Source of the DNA: an uncultured Actinomycetes bacterium
GTDB taxonomy: Bacteria; Actinomycetota; Thermoleophilia; Gaiellales; JAICJC01
NCBI GenBank assembly: GCA_963723785.1
Contig: CAVRSB010000019.1
Coordinates: forward strand, 8,459-72,458
Direction of reading: 5' to 3'
Length of the DNA: 64,000 bases
The notes beneath the pieces were generated by a model that searched no databases, was not told where the DNA came from, and worked only from the letters and a program-made list of their open reading frames with translations. The position numbers and the translations under genes were made by a program. Shown in pieces: positions 1 through 9,455 of this stretch. Position 1 is the stretch's first letter. Each line of letters starts with the position of its first letter.

Positions 1-430
1 CGTCCGACGACCCGAATCCGCGCTCTGCCCGCTCCGAGCCGGGAAGCGTGTCGGCCTCCCGCACCTCGAGCTGCGGCAACGCCAGCACGACCAGTTGCGC
101 GATCCGATCGCCGGCGGCCACCTCGAACGCGTGCTCGCGGTCGGTGTTCAGCAGCACGACCTTGAGCTCGCCGCGGTAGCCCGAATCGATCAGCCCCGGC
201 GTGTTCACGATCGAGATGCCGTGTTTGAATGCGAGTCCCGAGCGGGGCTGCACAAACCCGGCATGCCCGGGCGGGATCGCCACCGCCAACCCGGTCGAGA
301 TCACGCGCCGCTGCATCGGCTCGATCACCGCCGCCTCGATACTGGTCAGGTCAAGCCCGGCATCGCCGTCATACGCTCGCTCAGGCACCTGCGCCCGAGG
401 ATCCAACCGTTTGAACACCAGCTCCGTCAC
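1..430 (-). CDS. dut: dUTP diphosphatase (3' end runs off the window)
   Basis: Hand translation of the minus strand: ...AIPPGHAGFVQPRSGLAFKHGISIVNTPGLIDSGYRGELKV...GDRIAQLV...ERGFGSS (dUTPase motifs II-V). GTG at 430 overlaps the hflX stop. Confidence 0.93.
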   Translation of the reverse strand, partial: MTELVFKRLDPRAQVPERAYDGDAGLDLTSIEAAVIEPMQRRVISTGLAVAIPPGHAGFVQPRSGLAFKHGISIVNTPGLIDSGYRGELKVVLLNTDREHAFEVAAGDRIAQLVVLALPQLEVREADTLPGSERAERGFGSSD

Positions 431-1704
431 ACATCCACCCGGTAGTCGTCGTATCGCGACAACAGCTCGCGTGGCAGCCGCGCGCTGACCAGCACACCCT
501 CCTCGCTGTCCTCGCGGGAGGTGATCGGGGCGCCGCTGGCATACAGCGCCGACAGCTCGGCTCCCTGCTTGTGGGGCATCAGCAGCCGCACGTCCACAAA
601 CCGGTCCTGGAAGAACTCGGCGATTCGGTGCTTCAGCTCGTCCAGGTTCTCACCGGTCACGGCCGATACCTGGACAGCCCCTGAGAAGCGGTTTCGCAGC
701 CTCCGCCGTGCGACCTCGTCCAGCTGGTCGATCTTGTTCAGCACCATGATCTGGGGAAGATCATCGGCGCCGATATCCGACAGCACGTTGCGCACCTCGG
801 TGAGCTGATCGACCAGGTCGTCCTCGCCGCCCGACCCGTCGGCCACCAGCAGCACCAGGTCGGCTGCGAGCGTCTCTTCGAGCGTTGCCGCGAACGCCTC
901 CACCAAGCCGTGGGGAAGCTTTCTGATGAACCCGACAGTGTCGGTCACGAGATACGAGCGGCCGTCTTCGCGGAAGGCGCGGGTGGTCGGGTCGAGCGTC
1001 TCGAACAGCCGGTCGTTGACACTCACCTCGGCGCCCGTGAGGGCGTTCAGCAGCGTCGATTTGCCAACGTTGGTGTACCCCGCGAGTGCCACTGTCGGCA
1101 CGGCCCGCCGGGTGCGCTGGCTGCGCATCAACTCGCGGTGGCCGGCCACGTCCTTGAGCCGGGTGCGTAGCAGCACCACTCGCTGCCGAGCCAGCCGGCG
1201 GTCGGTTTCAAGCTGAGACTCACCCGGGCCGCGGGTGCCGACCCCGCCGCCGAGCCGCTCGAGATGCTTCCACATGCCCCGCATCCGCTGCAGGTTGTAT
1301 TGCAGCTGGGCCAACTCGACCTGGAGCTTGCCCTCCGCGGTGTGCGCATGCTGGGCGAAGATGTCGAGGATTACCGCGGTGCGGTCGACCACTCGCATCT
1401 CCAGCCGGTCCTCGAGATGGCGCTGCTGACGGGGAGTGAGCTCGTCGTCGCACACGATCACCTCGGCGCTGACGCGGTCGGCGTACTCCTTCAGCTCGTC
1501 CAGCTTGCCGCTGCCCAGATAGGTCGCGGCGTCGGGTCGGGCGCGGCGCTGCATCATCGTGCCGACCGTCTTCACCCTGGCGGTTCGCAGCAGCTCGCGC
1601 ATCTCGTCGAGATGGGCGTCGCTGGGCTCCGCCGAGGCCACCGTCGCGATCACCACCGCACGCTCGGGAGCGTTTTGGCTGCGATGGTCGATCGGATCTG
1701 CCAC
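427..1704 (-). CDS. hflX: GTPase HflX
   Basis: C-terminal part of ORF 427..2892: ILDIFAQHA, GKLQVELAQL, GPGESQLETDRR, GYTNVGKST, DTVG, NKID. GTG at 1704 lies 6 nt after a TATACT -10 element. Confidence 0.93.
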   Translation of the reverse strand: MADPIDHRSQNAPERAVVIATVASAEPSDAHLDEMRELLRTARVKTVGTMMQRRARPDAATYLGSGKLDELKEYADRVSAEVIVCDDELTPRQQRHLEDRLEMRVVDRTAVILDIFAQHAHTAEGKLQVELAQLQYNLQRMRGMWKHLERLGGGVGTRGPGESQLETDRRLARQRVVLLRTRLKDVAGHRELMRSQRTRRAVPTVALAGYTNVGKSTLLNALTGAEVSVNDRLFETLDPTTRAFREDGRSYLVTDTVGFIRKLPHGLVEAFAATLEETLAADLVLLVADGSGGEDDLVDQLTEVRNVLSDIGADDLPQIMVLNKIDQLDEVARRRLRNRFSGAVQVSAVTGENLDELKHRIAEFFQDRFVDVRLLMPHKQGAELSALYASGAPITSREDSEEGVLVSARLPRELLSRYDDYRVDV

Positions 1705-1724
1705 CGAGCAAGTATAGAGTCGGG

Positions 1725-2892
1725 TCAGCTGACCCGAAGGTGCTGCTCGATCCGCCCCACCGCTTCCCGCAAGCCGGTCATCGGGAAGCGTCAGCGACAA
1801 TCGCACGTAGCCCTCGCCGTTGGGTCCGTAGGCCGAGCCGGGAGAGACCACCACCGCTGCCTGGTCGAGCACCAGCTCCGCGAACGACACCGAGGTATGC
1901 CCCTCGGGCACCGGCACCCAGATGTAGATGGTGCCCTTGGGAGCGGGCACGTCGAGGCCGACCGCGGCCAGCGCCGCGATCACCAGGTCGCGCCGCCGCA
2001 GATACACCTCGCGCATGTCGGCGACGAAGTCCTGCGGCCCCTCCAGCATGGGCACCGCCGCCATCTGGATCGCGTCGAACATGCCGGAGTCGATGTTCGT
2101 CTTGAGCGTCCACAGACCGGCGATCATCTCGGCATTTCCAACCGCAGCACCGACTCGCCAGCCGGTCATGTTGTAGGCCTTTGACAGGGAGAACATCTCG
2201 ATGCCGGCGTCCTTCGCCCCCGGAGCCTCCAGAAAGCTGGGCGCGACGTACCCGTCGAAGGTCAGCTCCGAGTACGCGTTGTCGTGCACAATCGGCACTC
2301 CCCGATCGAGTCCGAACCGGGCCAGGCGCTCGAAGAAGTCGTCCTCGATCACCGCTCCAGTGGGATTGTTCGGGTAGTTGCAGAAGAGCAGATTGGCGCG
2401 ATCGGTGATATCCGGGCCAAACGACTCCAGGTCGGGCTGGAAGTGGTTCTCGGCACGCAGCGGCATCAGTACCGGCTCGGCGCCGGCCAGCGTGGTCGAG
2501 CCGGTATACACCGGATAGCCGGGATCGGCGGCCAGGCAGATGTCGCCAGGGTCGAGCATCGACCAGCACACGTGGGCGACGCCCTCCTTGCCGCCCAGCA
2601 ACGGCAGGATCTCGGTGTCGGGGTCGAGGGTGACGCCGAAGCGCCGCTGATAGAACGTCGCGACCGCTTCGCGAAACCGGGGCCGGCCGCGGTTGGACGG
2701 GTACTGATGGGTGTCGGGCAGCGCCACCTGGCGCTGGGCCTCTGCCACCACCACGTCAGGAGTGGGCAGATCCGGGTCGCCGATGCCGAGCGAGATCACG
2801 TCGATGCCTGCAGCCTTGCGTTCCGCGATCTTTCGCTCCAACTCGGCGAAGAGGTACGGCGGGAGATCCTGGACACGCTTGGCGAGCCGCAT
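1725..2892 (-). CDS. dapL: LL-diaminopimelate aminotransferase (class I/II PLP enzyme); 1-nt insertion near the 3' end
   Basis: PPYLFAE, SLGIGDPD, NYPNNPTG, HDNAY, FSLSKAYNMTGWRVG. Removing one base near 1771 gives ...RLREAVGRIEQHLRVS* with the stop at 1725. Confidence 0.85.
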
Positions 2893-3696
2893 CTAGAGCG
2901 CCTCCAACTGGCCCACGAACAGTGGGTCAAACGTGCCTGCGAGCACGGGCTCGACCGGGCCGGTCATGCGGATATTCAGCTCGTCGTCGATCTCGATCAC
3001 CAGCGTCCCTCCATCGGTGTGCACCGTTACCGGGGAGGCCACGTCGCCGGCCGTGAGGGCCGCGACCGCCGCGGCAGTCGACCCGCTCCCGGATGACAGC
3101 GTCTCCCCCGCCCCGCGCTCCCACACCCGCATCCGGATATCGTTTGGGCCCATGGGGCGGTAGAACTCGACATTCACGCGGTTGGGGAACCATGCATGGT
3201 GCTCAATGTCCGGCCCCAGCTGCGCCAGGTCGAGTTCGTCGACGTCGTCGGCATGGATCACACAGTGCGGATTGCCGACGTTCACAAACGTGTACGCCGG
3301 TGCCGGGGGCGGGCCGTCGCCGGGCGCATGGTCGTCGCCGGTAAGCGCCGCTCGGCCGGCGTCAATGGTGACCGACGTGCCGTCAACAGCACCGGTGACA
3401 ACGCCCTTGACTGTCTCGAGGGTGACCGTTTCGCGGCCGTCGCGGCGACATAGGTAGAAAACTGCAATGCGGCTGCCGTTGCCGGAGAACTCCGCCTGCC
3501 CGCCGTCGGGGTTGTAGATCCGCACGCGTGCATGGGCCTGCTGCGACGGCAGGATCTCGAGGATGCCGTCGGATCCCGCCCCGAAGTCCGGGTGGCAGAT
3601 GCGCCGGACATCGGCCTCGGGGATACCGCCGCTCGGCCCATCGCCTTCAATTACCAGGTAGGCGTTGCCGACGGCCTGGAACTTCTCAAATCGCAT
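2893..3696 (-). CDS. dapF: Diaminopimelate epimerase homologue with both catalytic Cys replaced by Ser
   Basis: MRFEKFQAVGNAY, GAGSDG, IYNPDGGQAEFSGNG, VGNPHCV, FPNRVNVEF, RVWERGAGETLSSGSG, MTGP; located between miaA and dapL. Confidence 0.88.
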   Translation of the reverse strand: MRFEKFQAVGNAYLVIEGDGPSGGIPEADVRRICHPDFGAGSDGILEILPSQQAHARVRIYNPDGGQAEFSGNGSRIAVFYLCRRDGRETVTLETVKGVVTGAVDGTSVTIDAGRAALTGDDHAPGDGPPPAPAYTFVNVGNPHCVIHADDVDELDLAQLGPDIEHHAWFPNRVNVEFYRPMGPNDIRMRVWERGAGETLSSGSGSTAAAVAALTAGDVASPVTVHTDGGTLVIEIDDELNIRMTGPVEPVLAGTFDPLFVGQLEAL

Positions 3697-3716
3697 GACG
3701 GCAGAGGATAGCCGCG

Positions 3717-4119
3717 TCAGCCCTGAAACAGGGATCCCAACACGATGATCGCCCCGAGAACTGCGCACACGATGGCGCAGCCGATGATGATCGGCCAGGT
3801 GGTCGGGACTCCCGCTACCAGCACCACACCGGCGATCAGCGAGCACGATGATCAGCGGCACCCGGTGCACGGGATGCGGTCGCAGCTGCAACACCCTGCG
3901 GCCGGCCCGGTCGGCCAGTACCAGACCGCAGGCCAGCGTGGCCAAAAGCAGCGCTGCCACGACTACCGGGGCGGTCACCCGTTGCTGCCACAGGATCACC
4001 TGATCGCCGGCGGTGCCGACCAGTGCCGAGATCACCAGGGCGATCGGCGCACAAGCAGCCACGATCACGAATGCGTCGCGAGCCTCTCGCACGGCGTCGC
4101 TCTCGCGGCGGTGGCTCAC
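3717..4119 (-). CDS. Hypothetical membrane protein (frameshifted)
   Basis: Several hydrophobic segments; an alternate frame ends ...IIVLGSLFQG* at 3717. Confidence 0.55.
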
Positions 4120-5019
4120 AACAGCTGCTCCACGGCGTCGGCCACGTCCCCGGGCGGGCGGTCGGCTTCCAGAAGGTGGATGTTCGCCACCCTGCGCATC
4201 CAGGTGCGCTGGCGTTTGGCGTAGCGGCGAGTGCGTGTGATCAGGCGGCGGACAGCCTCGTCCTGGTCGATCTCACCGTCCAGCAGCGCGGTCACGTCTT
4301 GCAGCCCGTGAATGCGCGAGGCGGTGTGGGAGAACACGTGGTCCGCTCGGGCCGTTCGCACCTCCTCAACCACTCGTCGCTCGAACATCGCCTGGGTGCG
4401 GGTGGCGATTCGCTGGTCACCGATCGACAGCGGCAGATCGAGGCCAACGATCACGGTGGGTAGGCGGGTGGGTGCGTCCCACAGGCTGTCGGATTCGGGA
4501 GCCAGGCTGGTACCAGCGGCGTGCAGCTCGAGACCGCGTACGACCCGGCGTCGGTCGTTGGGGTGAATCCCCGCAGCGGCAGCCGGATCGACCTGGCACA
4601 GCCGTTGGTAGGCGACCTGCGGGTCGGCGTCATAGAACGCGGCGAAGCGTTCCCGGTCACCCTTCGCCGGCTGGGGCTGGGGGTGGAGGTCGGCGACGGC
4701 GGCGCGCAGATAGAGGCCGCTGCCTCCGGCCATGACCGGCCGCCGTCCGCGCGCGATCACATCGTCTACGGCGGTGTGGGCCAGCCGGCCGAACTCGGCG
4801 ACCGACCCGGAGTGCTCCAGCGCCCACACCCCGACCAGGTGGTGCGGCACTGCGGCCAGTTCGGTCGGGCGACGGCTGGTTGGTCAGGATCGGAAGTCCG
4901 CGATAGGCCTGCATGGCGTCGCAGGAAACGATCTCACCGTCCAGGCGGGTGGCCAGCTCGAGCGCAACCGCACTCTTGCCCGACGCCGTTGGGCCGAAGA
5001 TCGCCACCGCCGGCAGCAT
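4116..5019 (-). CDS. miaA: tRNA dimethylallyltransferase (frameshift near 4860)
   Basis: [22 protein letters not shown] in ORF 4657..5019; [33 protein letters not shown] in ORF 4116..4850. Confidence 0.93.
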
Positions 5020-5021
5020 TG

Positions 5022-6341
5022 TCAGGCGGCGGCTGCGGAACGCCGGCGACCGGCCAGCGTCTGGCTGGTGGACGAGTCGATCACGACGTTCACCAACTCA
5101 CCCGGCGCTCCCGCACCGGTGAAGTTGACCGCCTTGTTCCCGCGGGAACGGCCCCGCAACACGGACGGGTCGGTGCGGCTGGGCCCCTCGATCAGTACTT
5201 CCTGGACACTGCCTTCGAGCTCATGGTTGCGCCGGGCGGCGTGCTGCTGAACCAGATCGACCAGCCGCTGGATCCGCTCCTTCTTGACGGTGTCGGGCAC
5301 CTGCTGTTCCATCTTGGCGGCTTCTGTGCCGCGCCGCGGCGAGAACACGAACGTGAACGCGTGGTCGTAGCCCACCTCGTCGTACAGCGACAACGTCTCT
5401 TCGAAGTCGGCGTCGGTCTCGCCGGGGAATCCGACGATGATATCGGTGGTCAGCGCGATCTCGGGGATGGCGGCACGCACATTTGCGACCACGGACAGGT
5501 ACCGCTCGCGGGAGTACGTGCGCCGCATCGCCTTGAGCACGCGGGTGGAGCCCGATTGCACCGGCAGGTGGAGCTGCTCGCAGACCGCGTCGCACTCGGC
5601 CATGGCGGCGATTACGTCGGCGCGCATGTCCTTGGGATGGGGGCTGGTGTACCGGATCCGGCCGATCCCGTCGACTGCGTCCAGATCGCGCAGCAGCTGG
5701 GCGAAACTGGTGTCCACCGCCGGTCGCAGATCCCTGCCGTAGGCGTTCACGTTCTGGCCCAGCAAGGTCAGCTCGATCACCCCGTCATCGGCCAGTGCGC
5801 GGGCCTCGGCGACCAGCTCAGCGGGCGGCCGGGAGCGCTCCCGGCCGCGCACACTGGGGACGATGCAGTAGGCGCAGTTGCAGTTACACCCGGTCGAGAT
5901 CTGAAGCCACGCCTGATGCTGTCGATCGCGCTTGAGCGGCAGCGATCCGGCGAAGTTGTCGAAGGTCGAGAAGTGCCCTCGGGGAATCGCTCCGCCGGCG
6001 GTGATGTACTCCCCCAGCCGATGGATGTTGCCGGGGCCGAAGGCGAAATCGACGAACGGAAACTCCTCGAACAGCGAGTCCTTCATCGATTCCGACCAGC
6101 ATCCGCCCACCACGATCAGCTTGTCGGGGTCGCGCTGCTTCGCGCCGCGGGCGTTCATCAGATGCTGAACCAGTCGCTCGTCGGCCTTTTCACGGATGGT
6201 GCAGGTGTTGAATACCAGCACGTCGGCCTCGTCGCTGTCGACCGCCTCCCCCAGTCCCGATGATTCCAGCAGACCCTTGATCCGCTCGGAGTCGTGCACG
6301 TTCATCTGGCAGCCGAAGGTCGTTACCGAGTACGTGCGCAT
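5022..6341 (-). CDS. miaB: tRNA-2-methylthio-N6-dimethylallyladenosine synthase (radical SAM methylthiotransferase)
   Basis: [21 protein letters not shown], radical SAM motif [15 protein letters not shown]-terminal TRAM domain. Confidence 0.96.
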   Translation of the reverse strand: MRTYSVTTFGCQMNVHDSERIKGLLESSGLGEAVDSDEADVLVFNTCTIREKADERLVQHLMNARGAKQRDPDKLIVVGGCWSESMKDSLFEEFPFVDFAFGPGNIHRLGEYITAGGAIPRGHFSTFDNFAGSLPLKRDRQHQAWLQISTGCNCNCAYCIVPSVRGRERSRPPAELVAEARALADDGVIELTLLGQNVNAYGRDLRPAVDTSFAQLLRDLDAVDGIGRIRYTSPHPKDMRADVIAAMAECDAVCEQLHLPVQSGSTRVLKAMRRTYSRERYLSVVANVRAAIPEIALTTDIIVGFPGETDADFEETLSLYDEVGYDHAFTFVFSPRRGTEAAKMEQQVPDTVKKERIQRLVDLVQQHAARRNHELEGSVQEVLIEGPSRTDPSVLRGRSRGNKAVNFTGAGAPGELVNVVIDSSTSQTLAGRRRSAAAA

Positions 6342-6358
6342 CCCCGCACTCTAACCGA

Positions 6359-6390
6359 GTGAATAATTGGTGCCTGGCACCAATTACTTC
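6359..6390. repeat. AT-flanked palindromic repeat, copy 1 (TAATTGGTGCC-T-GGCACCAATTA)
   Basis: 11-bp perfect arms at 6364-6374 and 6376-6386; 28 nt (6359-6386) are identical to 54498-54525. Confidence 0.85.
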
Positions 6391-6643
6391 AGGCGCGGTG
6401 GGGGCGGGAGCGTCCGGCCAGGGCCTGCAGGGCCAGCAGCAGCACGACCGCGCCGATGATCGAGCCGATCAGGCCGGCCGAGCCGTGCCAGCCGACCACT
6501 CTGCCGAACAGGGTCGCGAGTTCCGAACCGGCGACGCCGATAACCACCGTCACCAGCACGCCGCGGGGGTGGTCGCCGGGAACGATCAGACGAGCGATCG
6601 CACCGACAATCAACCCCACCAGAGCTGCCCACACAATCCACAT
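6389..6643 (-). CDS. GlsB/YeaQ/YmgE (transglycosylase-associated) membrane protein
   Basis: GLIVGAIARLIVPG...TVVIGVAGS...IGSIIGAVVLL pattern; 84 aa with three hydrophobic helices. Confidence 0.88.
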   Translation of the reverse strand: MWIVWAALVGLIVGAIARLIVPGDHPRGVLVTVVIGVAGSELATLFGRVVGWHGSAGLIGSIIGAVVLLLALQALAGRSRPHRA

Positions 6644-6653
6644 GAGGTGGATT

Positions 6654-7808
6654 CTAGATCACGGCACCCGCAGAGACGCCGGCGGCATCCGCATCGATCA
6701 CGATCACCGAGCGAGCGCCCTCGCCCGTGCGCAGGCGGTCGAACGCCTCGTTTATCTGGTCGAGTTCGATCAGATGCGAAACGACATCGCCCATGTCGAG
6801 CCGCCCGTCCGCCGCCAGTCCGATCAGGGCCGGCATCTCGGCCGCCACGTTGGACGACCCGTAGTAACACCCCAGCAGGTTCTTCTCACTGAGCAGATCG
6901 AGCGCCGGCAGCGACACTTCGGTTCCCTTGGGGGCAAGCCCTACCACCACAGCTGACCCGCCCGGCCGGATCATGTCCCATGCCTGGCGGATGGTGGCCG
7001 GAAGCCCCACCACCTCGAAGGCGTAGTCGACACCGCCGGGCACCAGCCCCTTCACCGCATCGACCGCATCCATCACCGATCCGTCGACCGTGTCGGTGGC
7101 TCCCCGTCGCACCGCCCGTTCCAGCTTGTCCGCAGCTCGGTCGACGGCGATGATGCGACCGGCCCCGGCCAGCCTCGCGCCCGCGATCACCTGCAGGCCG
7201 ACTCCGCCGCAGCCGATCACACACACGCTCTCACCGACTCGCACACCGGCCGTGTTGCGCACCGCCCCCACGCCCGTCACCACTCCGCAGCCGAGCAGAG
7301 CCGCCTGCCACAGGGGCAGGGGCGCCGACAGCGGGATGGCGGCGGCGGAGGGCACCACGCACCGGTCGGCGAAGCACGACACGAAGTTGAAATGTTGCAC
7401 CGCGCGGCCGTCGCTGAGGCTCAGCCGAGACGTGCCGTCCAGCAATGTCCCCCGCCAGGCGTGGTCGGCGGCCTCGGTACACAGGTGAAACCGCCCGGCC
7501 CGACAGGCTGAGCAGGTTCGGCAGGGCGGCACGAAGCAGAAGACCACCGGATCGCCCGGCGCCACGTGGGTCACCCCCTCGCCGACCGCCTCCACCACCC
7601 CCGCCCCCTCGTGGCCCAGCACGATCGGCCAGCGACCGCTCCCCAGATGGCCGTCGGCCAGGTGGAGATCCGAGTGGCACACGCCGGCCGCCGCCACCCG
7701 CACAAGCACCTCACCGGCTTTGGGCGGCGCCAGCAACAGCTGCTCACACACGAGGGCGGTACCTGCCTCGTGCAACACGGCCGCGGTGATCGGAATCGAG
7801 TCGCTCAT
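6654..7808 (-). CDS. Zn-dependent alcohol dehydrogenase, class III/formaldehyde-dehydrogenase-like
   Basis: GVCHSD, GHEGAG, structural-Zn CRTCSAC...C, GCGVVTGVGA, GCGGVG; start MSDSIP overlaps the upstream stop. Confidence 0.92.
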   Translation of the reverse strand: MSDSIPITAAVLHEAGTALVCEQLLLAPPKAGEVLVRVAAAGVCHSDLHLADGHLGSGRWPIVLGHEGAGVVEAVGEGVTHVAPGDPVVFCFVPPCRTCSACRAGRFHLCTEAADHAWRGTLLDGTSRLSLSDGRAVQHFNFVSCFADRCVVPSAAAIPLSAPLPLWQAALLGCGVVTGVGAVRNTAGVRVGESVCVIGCGGVGLQVIAGARLAGAGRIIAVDRAADKLERAVRRGATDTVDGSVMDAVDAVKGLVPGGVDYAFEVVGLPATIRQAWDMIRPGGSAVVVGLAPKGTEVSLPALDLLSEKNLLGCYYGSSNVAAEMPALIGLAADGRLDMGDVVSHLIELDQINEAFDRLRTGEGARSVIVIDADAAGVSAGAVI

Positions 7809-8914
7809 GCCACCCGCCACTGCTCCAGCGCATCGAAGTCGGGTTCGATGCCGAGGCCCGGCCCCGGCGGCGGGGCGATGGTGCCGTCTGCGGCGATCTC
7901 GACCGGCGCCGGCAAAAGCCAATCGCGTGCCGCTGCACTCCACTCAGGCGGGTCGAAGGGCACTTCCAGGTAGCCGGCGGTCGAGAATCCCAGTGCGGCG
8001 TGCAGGTTGACGACCAGCCCATAGCCGTTCGACCAGGTATGCGGCGACCACGCTCGCCGGTGCAGATCGGCGAGGGCCGAGACGCGCCGGCACCCGCCGA
8101 TACCGCCCGCCAGCACCACGTCTGTCTGAATCACATCCACACCACCCTGGACGACCAGGTCACGTGCCTCGTGCGCCTGTCGCACCATCTCGCCGGCCGC
8201 GAGCCGCAGGTCGGTGCGGCGGCGAAGCGCGGCGTAGCCGTCGATGTCATCGCTGGCCAGTGGCTCCTCCAGCCAGTACACGTCCAGTGGCTCGAGCGCC
8301 CGGGCACACTGAGCGGCCTCGGCCACATCCCACCGCGGCCGCAGATCTCCAGGCATCCGCCAGCCTTGGTTGGCGTCCACCATGATGTCCATCCCCGGCC
8401 CCACGGCGTCGCGCACGTGAGCGACGGTGTCGATGTCCGCCCGCCAGTCGCCCAGCCCGAACCGCAGCTTGATCGCGCCCACACCGGCGTCGCGCAGGGC
8501 CACGGCCCGCCGCGCCCGCTCGTCCGCGTCCACCATGTGGGCGGCCGATGCGTAGGCAGCGATCCGCTCTCGCCGGCCTCCGAGCAGCTGCCACAACGGC
8601 CGGTCGAGCGCCCGCCCGACGAGATCCCACACCGCCGCCTCGAGTGTCCAGGGCCGGCTTCCGTGGAAGTCCACCGTCTCGCACAGCTCCCGCACCACCT
8701 CGGTGCGGAACGGGTCGACGCCCACCAGCAACTGCTCCAGCAGCTCCCGGTCGGGCAGGGCATCACCGCTGGCAGTGCCCGTCACCCCCTCGTCGGTCAC
8801 GACCGTCACCAGCGTGGCCTCCTGGAAGCGCCGAGGCTCTGGATCCCAGGCGGCGCTCAGGGGAGGATCGATCGGATGTCGGTACCGGCGCGTCTCGACT
8901 GCGGTGATGCGCAC
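7805..8914 (-). CDS. Mandelate racemase/muconate lactonizing enzyme (enolase superfamily) protein
   Basis: AVWDLVG, KLR, metal ligands MVDANQG / WLEEP / AGE, SPH, PPGPGLGI; GTG start at 8914. Confidence 0.9.
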   Translation of the reverse strand: MRITAVETRRYRHPIDPPLSAAWDPEPRRFQEATLVTVVTDEGVTGTASGDALPDRELLEQLLVGVDPFRTEVVRELCETVDFHGSRPWTLEAAVWDLVGRALDRPLWQLLGGRRERIAAYASAAHMVDADERARRAVALRDAGVGAIKLRFGLGDWRADIDTVAHVRDAVGPGMDIMVDANQGWRMPGDLRPRWDVAEAAQCARALEPLDVYWLEEPLASDDIDGYAALRRRTDLRLAAGEMVRQAHEARDLVVQGGVDVIQTDVVLAGGIGGCRRVSALADLHRRAWSPHTWSNGYGLVVNLHAALGFSTAGYLEVPFDPPEWSAAARDWLLPAPVEIAADGTIAPPPGPGLGIEPDFDALEQWRVA

Positions 8915-8918
8915 GCGG

Positions 8919-9446
8919 TCAGCCGGCGTCGTAGAAGGCGTTGGTGGCGCTGTCGCGCAGAGCAATCAGCTCGTCGATGCGCCGGTCGCGGTCGGCTTCC
9001 AGCGCGTCGATCAGCGCGCGCCGGGTGGCATCGCGGTTGGCCGCTCGCACTGCCGCTTTGTCGTCAGCGTTGGGGTCGACCCACACCGCCACCAGGAGCA
9101 CCAGCTCGTCGATCAGATCGCGCTCGATCCGCCCCTCGGCAACCGCGTCCATCACTCCGGCTCCGATCCCCAGCTGGGCAGCGCCCCAGGTGATCAGCTG
9201 GTGGGCCGGCTGAACGGCCGTGGCCTTGTTCAGGACGATCGTGGGCGGGCGCACCGCATATCCCGCTCCCAGGCAGCACAGCACCGGTGCGTGGCCGGGG
9301 CCGGGGACGGCAAAGCCGGCGGTGGCGGCTGCGGCAGTGGCCGAGCCACGGCGCGCGATCACCACGTTGATGTGGCTGCCGTTCGGCACCTCGCCCGACC
9401 AGGCTTCGCCGATGCGGCCGTCGATGTCGTCCAACCGGGTGCTCAT
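8919..9446 (-). CDS. fae: Formaldehyde-activating enzyme (Fae) family protein
   Basis: GEAWSG..NGSHINVVI..RGS, RPPTIVLNKAT, GAAQLGIG..V.DAV.EG.I, VLLVAVWVD...D...V...NRDAT align by eye with Fae (GEALVG..EVAHIDL, KPNTLMFNKVT, GPAQ, NYEAT). Confidence 0.85.
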   Translation of the reverse strand: MSTRLDDIDGRIGEAWSGEVPNGSHINVVIARRGSATAAAATAGFAVPGPGHAPVLCCLGAGYAVRPPTIVLNKATAVQPAHQLITWGAAQLGIGAGVMDAVAEGRIERDLIDELVLLVAVWVDPNADDKAAVRAANRDATRRALIDALEADRDRRIDELIALRDSATNAFYDAG

Positions 9447-9455
9447 AGCTGCAGG

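Noticed and set aside
427-2892. Apparent 821-aa DapL-HflX fusion
   Set aside because: One extra base near 1771 bypasses the natural dapL end (...REAVGRIEQHLRVS*), and hflX has its own -10 and GTG; consistent with the window-wide indel errors.
2893-4119. Apparent membrane-anchored DapF
   Set aside because: The upstream membrane gene has a proper stop at 3717 in another frame; the fusion results from an indel.
6359-6390. Palindromic repeat as a CRISPR repeat
   Set aside because: Copies are isolated tens of kb apart, with no spacer array and no cas genes.
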